From Geosiphon pyriformis uo1 (Eukaryota; Fungi; Glomeromycota), in contig JAAOMT010000617.1 of assembly GCA_016748015.1 (NCBI GenBank), positions 566,635 to 630,634 on the forward strand: DNA of 64,000 bases, written 5' to 3'. The position numbers and the translations under genes were made by a program. This document shows positions 23,872 through 34,559 of the stretch, one piece after another; position 1 is the stretch's first letter; every line of letters starts with the position of its first letter. The notes under the pieces were generated by a model, which searched no databases, had not been told where the DNA came from, and worked only from the letters and a program-made list of their open reading frames with translations.

Positions 23872-25425
23872 ATGGGTGATTATTCATACCTGCCACAATA
23901 ATCAGAAGAACACTTTAAAGCACACAACAAAAACAATCTAGACTTTATTAAACTCAATCTTTTGCTCTCCTGCTTGATTTGCTTTCCCATTGAAGAACAA
24001 TCCAGCAGACAATTTCAAGACTTTTGGAACTGATTCCTGAACGAGCATTCAGCTGAAATCTACACAACTTATACAACCTATTACTTTGACCAAGCTTATT
24101 TTGAAGATGACTTTAAAGAAAGAAACAACAATATTAATCAGCTCTTATATTCTACTACCTTTGAACAACAGCCTCCTGATCTCGAATATCTGAATCATCA
24201 AATCCATATTTGGATTGCTGCCCATTAATTAACAGAAACTCCTCTTGAAACAAAAGAAAAAAGCTATCAAACTGCTTCTGTTTTTGATCTCTTTTTAAGT
24301 GAATCAGAACACTCCACACAAATGGTTACACCTAAACCAATGGCTCAAGACTCTCTACAACAAAACATTCTGATTGCCCTCCAAGGTATTCAGACTGCTT
24401 TAGGGCAAAGAAACAACACCCCATTACCATTATTTAGAGGTAATGCCCAAGATCCAATCAAATGGCTGGATGATTTTAAGAGAGCTGCCACAGCAAACCA
24501 ATATAATAATAAATACAAGTTCCAAATCGTTGGTGGCTACCTCTAAGACTCTTCTGCTACTTGGTTTTCACAAGAAACCAATGCCAATACTCATCAAAGA
24601 ATCATTAGATGGGCACTGGCAAATGCTAAAGAAGACAACACCTCTTTTACTACTCAGTTTGAAACAAAATTCAGAATCCCAATATTAATATCCAAATGGC
24701 ACATAGAACTGAAAAGAAGAACCCAAGGCCCTAGAGAAGTAGTGACTGAATATGCCAAAGCTATCAGAAAGCTAATCAAACATGTAGATTCTGGGAGAAA
24801 CTGGACAGAAGAGCAAAAAATTCACTCCTTCACAAAAAGATTGAGGACTGATCTATCATATGCTCTCTGGTCTCTCTTGGCCCTCAAAGACAATCCTACA
24901 ATAGATATGGCCATTGAATTAGCTCAAAAGATTGAAGATAACCAAAGAATGCATTTGGGATCTACACTTCCAGTCTTTACTCCTGCTCCTATTTTGGCTT
25001 CTGCTCCCCAATTGGCTGCTACCTCTTTTACTGCCCAGACTTAAGATCCCAATAGATAATTAATAGATAGACTTACAGCCAATCTTGCTTAGCTATTGGA
25101 GCTCTTAGCCCAAGCAGTCAGAGAAAATCAACAACCACAAAGACCTAGATTTGAGCCATGTTTTAATCAGCCTCAACAGCCCCCTTATCAAAGACAACAA
25201 AATCGTGGCCTACCTGTGTGCTACCATTGTGAATTAACTAGACACTTCTTAAGAGATTGCAACAATTCTTCCTTGCCCCTTCCAGTTTCCAGAAACAATG
25301 ACAATCAAAACAACAGACCTATCAACAACAATGCTTCTAATCAAAGACCTAATCATGCCAACATCAATTTCTTAGGAGAGGATCCCCTAGTGAAAGCCAC
25401 AGTTTATTAGCCTTTAAACTGGTAG
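23872..25425 (+). pseudogene. gag: Gy-D gag (N-terminal extension, retrotransposon gag domain, CCHC knuckle)
   Basis: LPLFRG..DPIKWL and CYHC.LT.HF.RDC. Stop at 25423-25425, just after TTTAAAC. Confidence 0.85.
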
Positions 25426-28400
25426 GCACACCTCCAAAGGGTGAGAGTGCAAGCCAAACAGAAGAAAACCCATTTTTTGCTTTCAACTTAACTGATAATG
25501 ACCATTACATAGATGAACTGGCAATCAATACTTCAGAATCAACCAGAAAGAAGAAGAAAGCCAAGGTTGATTTTATACAGGATCTCAATAAAGCTTCCAC
25601 ATCAACAGCCAATAACAATGAACCACCAAAAGCCAAAGTTTTCAAGAATCCTCCAAAGTTGAAATCTCCAGAAATTGTACAAAAATCTAGATCCTATTCT
25701 GTTGTTAAAGATCTCATAGAAACCCCAGCACACATTACATTTGGCCAACTAATAACCCATCCACAGTTTAGAAAAGATCTTCGCAAATTATTAATACCAA
25801 AGAAGAAGACACCAAAGACCAACAAATGCCCATGCCAAGCTGAACTTGCTGACAACAGCAATGTCACACCTCTCATTTGTAAGGCCCAAGTGGCTGGTTA
25901 CTTCATTGATCTAATCCTGGATAGTGAATCATCTGTTAGTGTCATTGCCAAACACTTCTTAGAAGCAATTGGCAGAAAGATTGATGAACCATCCACATGA
26001 CTGATGACTAACATACATGATAACAAGAAAAAAGGTCTGGACATAGCCAAAAATGTTTCTGTCTGAATCAATGGCATCAGTATTGAAACTGACATGAAAG
26101 TATCTGAAGCAAAAGAATACACTATAATAGTTGGCAATGAATGGCTCAAGAAAGCAAAAGCCTTGCTTGATTATGAACTTTGTGAATTGACCATTAGATG
26201 TGATGAGAAACCCATTGTGGTTAAATGTTGCCATTGGACAACTCCTCCAGTACCCAAACAAAGCCAAAAAGAAAAGCAATCAAATAAGTCAGATAACAAA
26301 GAAAGTGATAAAGAAGATGAACAAGAAGAAACTGCTGAACTTGCCTACACCATTTTTACCAGCAATGGCAAACCATTAGATAATGTTAAAGCAAATAAAA
26401 AAAGAATCATGGTAAATGGCAAGCTAATCTGCTGGTCCTATTATAATATCCTTAGAAGAACCTTTGACCAAAAGCCTAGTAAGAAAGCCAAATACAGCTA
26501 TTGGTGGCATAGCCCTTATGCCAGATGCTAGTGTAATAAACCTTTGTATTTGCCAAGTGATGAATGCAAATCCTGCTTAATCTATTACAAAGATTGGGAA
26601 CCAATAAGTTTGATACCTAGGGAAGAAATAAAAGAAGTACAGAAGTCCTTTGAGAATGAACCATCTGAGATCCAATTACTTGTTGTAGAACAAAGAGAAC
26701 CTTTCCCAGAAGAAAGAAAAATAGATATTGAAAACTTATTGGCTAGAAACAGCCCAGTTATCTCAAAAAAAGATGATATCTCTGGACAAACCCATGTGAT
26801 ACAACACACTATTACCACTAAAGAAACTCGCCCCATCTATTTGAAGCCTTATTAATCTAATTGTCATAATAATGAATTTATCAAAAAAGAGATAAACAGA
26901 ATGAAAGATCTTGGATTCATACAAGAAACTAAAAGTGAATGGGCTTTCTCAGTTGTAGTGGTATCCAATAAAGGTGGAACTCTACACTTCTGTATTGATT
27001 ACCACCAATTAAATGCCATTACTATAAGAGACATGTACCCACTCCCCAAAATTGATGCAATACTAGACAAATTCAATGGTGCTGCTTTCTTCTCAACTAT
27101 TGACTTAACTGGATCCAGAAAGCAGAAAGAAAACTGCCTTCATCACCAAGTATAGCACCTATGAATTCACAGCCATGCCTTTTGGTCTCACCAATGCTCC
27201 TCCTACCTTTCAACGTCTAATAGATAAAGTGTTTGAATCAGTAAAAGAAAACTTTGTTCTGGTTTACTTGGACGACATAATAGTATATTCAAAAACCTGG
27301 GATAAACATCTTGAACATTTGCAAAAGGTTTTTGACCTGCTTAGGAATGCTGGCCTTAAGATCAACCCAATCAAATCTTTCTTTAAATGCCAATCCATCT
27401 AGTTCTTTGGTCATCTTATTACAAAAGATGGAATCTTCCTTGACTCAGCCAAAGTTAAAAAAGTTCAAAATATTAGACAACCAATGAATGTTTCTGAACT
27501 ATGCTCTTTTCTTGGTTTGGCTTCTTACTATTATAAATTCATTAAAAATTTCTTCAAAATTGCCTTTCCTCTTAACCAGCTACTCAAGAAAAATGTCAAT
27601 TACCACTGGGGCATATACCAGCAAAAAGCCTTTGAAATCCTGAAGGAAAAACTTGTTACTGAACCAATCCTTAAGCAACCTGACCTGGACCAATCTTTTA
27701 TCCTTCACACTGATGTATCTGGTTATAGACTTGGTGCTGTACAATTACAAAAAGATGAAAATAGCTATAGCATATGTCAGTAGATCTCTCACACCAGCAG
27801 AAAAAAACTATTCAGTAACTGAACATAAATAGATAACTCACTGGATACTCCATCTGGATGAATTCAACTATGATATTCAACACCACAAAAAAGCTAATCA
27901 TCAAAATGCCAATGCTTTCTCTAGACTTATCATCCAGTGACAGTACAACCTCTCAAACTAAACCAACTTAATTATTAGTAACTTCCTCATAAACAAACAT
28001 GATAATAGACTTGGACAACTATTCTGCCCTAATGGAATTTTTGGGTAAAGAACAATACCCACCAGACTACACTTGACAATAAAGAAAACATTTGCACAAA
28101 CAATCAAATTTCTATTTGATCTGCCAGAACCAATTATACAAAAGAAACAGAAAAAATCCTGACTGCTCCCAGAGAGTTATAAGATTTGAAAAAAGAAAAA
28201 TTGTAATTTACAACATGTATACTGATCTATTAGCTGGATACTTTGGAAAAACAAAGACAATACAGAAAACTTTAGCTCACTATTATTAGCCTACCTTGGG
28301 AAAAGACATTGCTAAATACATCAAAACCTGTAACATCTACCAAAGAAGAAGCAAACCCAATAAAAAAGAAGATATCCATCCAATCTCTGTTGGTCAACAA

Positions 28401-29318
28401 TTTGACAGAATTGGTATAGATGTTGTTAGACTTTTAACAATAACCTCTGATGGCAACAGATACATTATTACAGCTACCGACTATCTTACAAAGTGGATAG
28501 AAACAAGAGCCACTCCAGACCAAACAACAGTCTCAATAGCCAATTTCATTTATGAAGATATCATCTGCCATCATGGCTGCCACAAAGAACTTTTATCTGA
28601 TAGAGGAAGAGCTTTTTTCAGTACACTGGTTGAAGAACTTTGTAGAAAAATGGAAATATGTCATAAATTTTTCTCTTCTTATTATCTCCAAACAAATGGC
28701 CTAGTGGAATGTTTCAATAGAACATTATGTGAAACCCTAGCCAAAACCAGTGAAGAAACAAACTTATAAGACAAAGTACTGCCTTCAGCTTTGTTTGCTT
28801 ATAGAACTGTGAATTATAACATAACAAGTTATGAACCTTTTTATCTGCTCTATGGATGCATGGCAACACTACCAATAGAAACTGATATTGAAACAATACT
28901 CTTTGAAAAGATCACAATAGAGAATTACAAAGACATTTTGCAAAGAAAACTTGGTACCATTCTTGACTCCTTGGTAGAAACACAAATAATTGCTTTTGAA
29001 AAGATAAAACAGTTTCAAGAAAAGCTTAAGAAAAAGAAAACTTCTAAAACACTTTCTTTAAGTGTTGGTAATTTGGTACTAAAATACTGTTCAGACAGAG
29101 ACAATATTTATGGTGATAAATTTTTTAGCCAGTGGAAAGGACTCTTTATAGTCAACAAAGTTTTGAACAATGGTTCTTATATTCTTTAAGATCAATTCAG
29201 AACAATCTTTAATAATCATCCTGTTCATAGTACATGACTCAAGAAATATAATAAACGACTTGATTGGTTGCCTGTTGTGGTAATACTAACTGAAATAATC
29301 AGCAAAAATCAAGTATAA
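25413..29318 (+). pseudogene. pol: Gy-D pol (PR-RT-RH-IN, gypsy order), degenerate
   Basis: LILDS(G)SSVS; MPFGLTNAP and YLDDI; LHTD.SG; GIDVV, SDRG and GLVE.FNRTL; a GPF-like WKG.F.V motif. Confidence 0.9.
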
Positions 29319-29359
29319 ATAAATACATTATTTCCAAAACAGAGGTATCTTCAATTGAC

Positions 29360-30016
29360 ATGAACAATTATTTTCTGGATCAAAACATTCAAAACACCTT
29401 CTATACTCTTCATAAGTATTGGATCAAAAATTATTCAAATGCTACTCTGATCATTGGAAAACAAACTACCATAACTGATAACAGTGGAACACATACTGTT
29501 ATCAGACCAAAGAAAACTACTACCAAAAGAGAAAAAATTGATAGCAAAATGAATAAGTATTTGCTAGAAAGCATAACAACAGCAATACTTGTATCTTCCA
29601 TCACAATTTGAAAAATGATTAAGGAAATCTTGCCCATAGACAAAAACTTGTCATATAAAAAACAATTAGAACTCTATAGTCACCTTGGTAAAATCATAGA
29701 AGACATGAAGCTTATGAAGAAAACAACTTCTGAGATACAAGCAGAAATTTTGGGCATCATATGATTGGATGTTCCAAGAGTTTTAACTATTGCTAAAAGA
29801 GCCAAAACTCTAATACAAAGATTTGATCTCTTAGATATAAAACTCATTTTGCCTCAAGTGTTATACATCTTATCCACAAAAGACTTCAACAAATTAGTTA
29901 GCTTTGAGTTAGATTAAACCCTTCCAATAAATTACACCATAAATAGCTTAATTTCACTGAAGCTCAATCTCTTTGGAGAGGATGATATTACAGTTGAAAC
30001 TTATACTTTTTATTAA
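29360..30016 (+). pseudogene. Gy-D ORF3 (~218 aa, unknown function), running through the PPT into the 3' LTR
   Basis: ORF 29360-29611 joins in frame with the homologous ORF 33862-34329. Other copies are at 22810-23181, 55551-55829 and 62346-62999. Confidence 0.7.
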
Positions 30017-30687
30017 TTATCACATGTATTAGCCACTGATATCACATAAATTAGCCACTCTATTTTTAGTAAGTAATTATTGACCTAATCAATGACCTGA
30101 CCATTGATCTGATCATTGATCTGATCATTAACCTAGTCATTGACCTGATCATTAATCACTTTTGACAGCTATATAAATGATGAATCTCTTAGCTGTAGAA
30201 AAGCATGTAAGAATCAAAGAAATAAAGAAATAAAATAACAACTTCATCTCAATCCTTCTCTTATCACTAATTTCCCTTTCCCTACTTTCAAGTATCTGAA
30301 CATCTTAAAGATAAAAGATTACTTGTTGGTTATTCCTTACTCTTTTCCTAAAATGTGTAATTGCAACATTTAAAGATTATTGAATAAAATGTGACTGAAG
30401 AGCACATTTAATACTTGATATTGAATTCTAAGAGCACCGATATGAGGCATAGAATTATACCAAGTATAATCATTTGTTGACAGTACAGATTATCTCTCTA
30501 CCTTCAGATTCTGTAATTACCTTTTGAAAAGCATAATGACTGAGATATTTTATGAGACTGATCTTACACATTGAATCTATACTCATTTAATTTACTCTTT
30601 GAAGTTGAATTCCCTTTGATTCTTTTCATCACCCTACAATTCTGTTTTTCCTTGTTATCTGTTAGCTTGTTACTCCAACCTGTAACA
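29986..30687 (+). repeat. Gy-D 3' LTR
   Basis: Preceded by PPT GGAGAGGATGA; ends TGTAACA. Confidence 0.92.
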
Positions 30688-30688
30688 A

Positions 30689-31356
30689 TATTATGCTTGA
30701 AACTTATACTTCTTATTAATTATCACATGTATTAACCACTGATGTCATATAAATTAGCCACCCTATTTTTAGAAAGTAATCATTGACTTGATCATTGACC
30801 TAGTTATTGATCTGATTATTGACCACTTTTGATAGCTATATAAGTGATGAATCTCTTAGTTGTAGAAAAACATGTAGAAATCAAGGAAATCAAATAAATA
30901 AAATAACAACTTTCATCTTAATCATTTTCTTATTGCTAATTTCTTTTTTCCTTACCTTCAAGTATCTGAACATCTTGGGATAAAAGATTACTTGTTGGTT
31001 ATTCCTATCTTTTTCCTGAAATGTGTAATTGCAGCATTTGAAAATTATTGAATAAAACATGACTGAAAAGTACATCTGATACCTGATATTGAATTTTAAG
31101 AGCACTAACATAAGGCATAGAATTATACCAGTGTGTAATCATTTGTTGACAGTACAGACTATCCCTCTACTTTCAGATTCTCTGGTTATCTTTTGAAAAG
31201 TATAGTGACTGAGATATTTTATGAAACTAATCTTACACATTGAATTCATATTTATTCAATTCGCTCTTTAAAGTTGAATTCTCTTTGATTCCTTTTATCA
31301 TCCTACAATCTTGTTCTCCTTTGCTATCAATTAGCTTGTTACTCCAACCTGTAACA
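30689..31356 (+). repeat. Gy-C 3' LTR, displaced by the Gy-D insertion
   Basis: TATTATGCTTGAAAC...CCTGTAACA. Removing Gy-D and one ATAT restores the normal junction GGAGAGGATAA|TATTATG seen at 62958-62975. Confidence 0.88.
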
Positions 31357-33671
31357 ATATTTTTATAAATGAAATTGGCTATTGAGACTGCTGTTTGGTC
31401 AGGAGTGGCTCTTGCTTCTACTTACTTTGTAAGATAGTCAGTAGCTGTGATAATATATTTGTTGTCATCAGGAGTTATTCTTAAAGATCCAACAACATCT
31501 ATACCAATTCTGTCAAATGATTGACCAATAGAGATTGGATGAATATTTTCTTTGCAATTGGGTTTGCCTCTTCTTTGGCAGATGTCACAGATTTTGATGT
31601 ATTCAGCAATGTTTTTTCCCAAGGTAGGCCAATAATAGCAAGTTAAAGTTTTCTGAATTATTTTTGTTTTTTCAAAGTGTCTAGTTAATGGGTCAGTGTG
31701 TATATTATATATTACAATTTTTCTTTCTTCAAATCTGATAACTCTTTGAGAGCAGTTAGAATTTTTTCTGTTTCTTTTATATAACTGGTTTTGGTGGATC
31801 AAATAAAAATATGATTGTTTGCACAAATGTTCTCTTTGCTGTTAAGTGTATTCTGGTGAGTATTGTCCTTTACCCAAAAATTCCATTAAGGCAGAGTAGT
31901 TGTCCAAGTATATTATTGTGTTTGTTTGTGAAGGAGTTACTAATAATTAAATGGTTTGGTTTGAGAGGTTGTACTATTACTAGATAATAAGTCTAGAGAA
32001 AGTGTTAGCATTTTGATAATTTGCTCCTTTGCAGTGTTAAATATTATAGTCAAATTCATCCAAGTGGAGTATCCAGCAAGTTATTTGTTTGTGTTCCAGC
32101 TTTTTTTTATTGCACAGCCAAACCAAGGCTTAATGATCTGTTACCACTAAGAATTTTGCACCAAAAAAATATTAATCCCAGTAATTAGTAGTCCAAATTA
32201 TTGTTAAACATTGTTGTTCAGTAATTGAATAGTTTTTTTCTGCTGGTGTAAGAGATCTATTGGCATATGCTATTGCATGTTCTCTGCCATTTTCATCTTT
32301 TTGTGAAAGAACAGCACCAAGTCCATAGCCAAATGCATCAGTATGGTGGATAAAAGGTTGGTTCAGATCAGGTTGCTTGAGAATTGGTTCAATAACAAGA
32401 TTTTTCTTCAGAATTTCAAAAGCTTTTTGTTGATAAATGCTCCAGTAATAATTGACATTTTTTCTGAGTAGCTGATTGAGAGAAAAGGCGATTTTAGAGA
32501 AATCCTTAATAAATTTGCAGTAGTAAAAGGCTAAACCAAAGAAAGAGCATAGTTTAGAAACATTTATTGGTTGTCTAATGTTCTGAACTTTTTCAACTTT
32601 AGCTGGGTCAGGAAAGATTTTATCTTTTGTAATAAGATGACCAAAGAACTAGATGGATTGGCATTTAAAGAAAGATTTGATTGGGTTGATCTTAAGACCA
32701 GCATTTCTGAGCAGGTCAAAAACCTTCTGTAAATGTTCAAGGTGTTTATTCCAGGTTTTTGAGTAAACCATTATGTCATCTAAAGTTTTCTTTTACTGAT
32801 TCAAATACTTTGTCTATTAGGTATTGAAAGATGGGAGGGGCATTGGTAAAACCAAAAGGCATAACTGTGAATTCATAGGTGCCATACTTGGTAATAAAAG
32901 GAGTTTTCTTTCTGCTTTCTGAATTCATCTCTACTTGCCAAAATTCAGCAGTTAAGTCAATGGTTGAGAAGAAAGCAGCACCATTGAATTTATCTAGCAT
33001 TGCATCAATTTTGGGGAGTGGGTATATGTCTCTTATAGTGATGGCATTTAGTTAACAGTAGTCAATACAAAAGCATAGGGTTTCACTTTTCTTGAATACC
33101 ACCACAAGTGGAAAAGCCCATTTACACTTGGTTTTTTGTATTGTTATGGGTTGGAATAACAAGCTAATAGATAGCAAGGAAGAACAGAATTGTAGGGTGA
33201 TGGAAATAATCAAAGGGAAATTCAACTTTAAAGAGCGAATTGAATGAGTAAGAATTCAATATGCGAGATCAGTCTCATAAAATATCTCAGTCACTATACT
33301 TTTCAAAAGGTAACTGGAGAATCTGAAGGTAGAGAGATAGTCTGTACTGTCAACAAATGATTATACTTGGTATAATTCTATGCCTCATATCGGTGCTCTT
33401 AGAATTCAATATCAAGTATTAAATATGCTTTTCAGTCACATTTTATTCAATAATCTTCAAATGTTGCAATTACACGTTTTAAGAAAAGAGTAAAGAATAA
33501 CCAACAAGTAATCTTATATCTTTAAGATGTTCAGATACTTGAAAGTAGGGAAAGGGAAATTAGTGATAAGAGAAGGATTGAGATAAAGTTGTTATTTTAT
33601 TTCTTTATTTCTTTGATTCTTATATGCTTTTCTATAGCTAAAAGATTCATCATTTATATAGCTGTCAAAAG

Positions 33672-33803
33672 TAATCAATAATTAGGTCAATAACTAAGTT
33701 AATGATCAGATCAATGATCAAGTTAATGATCAGGTTATTGATCAGGTCAATAATCAAGTCAATAATCAGATCAATGATCAGATTATTGATCAGGTCAATG
33801 ATT
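33672..33803 (-). repeat. U3 tandem array of the 12-bp unit TGATCAGGTCAA (~10 units); present in every LTR of the family with variable copy number
   Basis: Read directly; also at ~40750-40880, 30075-30158, 23239-23287, 47057-47092, 56261-56330 and 8064-8114. Confidence 0.9.
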
Positions 33804-33861
33804 ACTTACTAAAAATAGAGTGGCTAATTTATGTGACATTAGTGGCTAATACATGTGATAA

Positions 33862-34518
33862 TTAATAAAAAGTATAAGTTTCAACTATAACATCATTCTC
33901 TTCAAAGAGATTGAGCTCCAGTGAAATTAAGCTATTTATGGTGTAATCTATTGGAAGAGTTTTATCTAACTCAAAGCTAACTAATTTGTTGAAGTCTTTT
34001 GTGAATAAGATATATAATACTTGAAGCGAAATGAGTTTTGTATTCAAGAAACCAAATCTTTGTATTAGAGTTTTGGCTCTTTTAGCAATAGTTAAAACTT
34101 TTAGAACATCTAACCGTATAATGTCCAAAATTTCTGTTTGTATCTCAGAAGTTGTTTTCTTTATGAGCTTCATGTCTTCTATGATTTTACCAAGGTGACC
34201 ATAGAGTTCTAATTGTCTTTCATATGACAAGTTTTTGTCTATAGGCAAGATTTTCTTAATCATTTTTCTAATTGTGATGGAAGATACAAGTATTGTTGTT
34301 GTTATGCTTTCTAGCAAATACTTATTCATTTTGCTATCAATTTTTTCTCTTTTGGTAGTAGTTTTCTTTGGTCTGATAACAGTATGTGTTCTACTGTTAT
34401 CAGTTATGGTGGTTTGTTTTCCAATGGTCAGAGTAGTATTTGGATAATTTTATATCCAATACTTATGAAGAGTATAGAAGGTGTTTTGAATGTTTTGATC
34501 CAGAAAATAATTGTTTAT
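33862..34518 (-). pseudogene. Gy-E ORF3
   Basis: ORF 33862-34329 (155 aa) plus upstream sequence homologous to 29360-29550. Confidence 0.7.
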
Positions 34519-34559
34519 GCTAATTGAAGATACCTCTGTTTTGGGAATAGTGCATTTAT

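Larger units (their letters stand above)
23151..30687 (+). mobile_element. Gy-D: full-length Ty3/gypsy element
   Basis: LTRs at 23151-23819 and 29986-30687. TSD ATAT at 23147-23150 and 30688-30691. PBS, gag, pol, ORF3 and PPT are present. Confidence 0.93.
19100..31356 (+). mobile_element. Gy-C: Ty3/gypsy copy from protease to 3' LTR; 5' part outside the window; Gy-D inserted at its PPT/LTR junction
   Basis: PR-RT-RH-IN fragments at 19100-22250, an internal inversion, ORF3 tail at 22810-23150, and the rest of the 3' LTR at 30692-31356 ending TGTAACA and followed by ATAT. Confidence 0.85.

Noticed and set aside
29360-30016. env gene
   Set aside because: Short, with no signal peptide, transmembrane segment or fusion-protein features visible.
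19100-31356. Tandem gypsy array sharing a central LTR, and an LTR-LTR doublet at 30687/30689
   Set aside because: The ATAT TSD on both sides of Gy-D explains both features as a single nested insertion.
33231-33336. Functional tRNA-Met gene inside the LTR
   Set aside because: No acceptor stem or TTCGA T-loop (B box) is present; kept only as a tRNA-complementarity finding.
33672-33803. CRISPR-like array, or nuclear-receptor AGGTCA response elements
   Set aside because: Head-to-tail 12-mers with no spacers and no cas genes, in a eukaryotic LTR. The AGGTCA match is probably coincidental in a likely fungal host.
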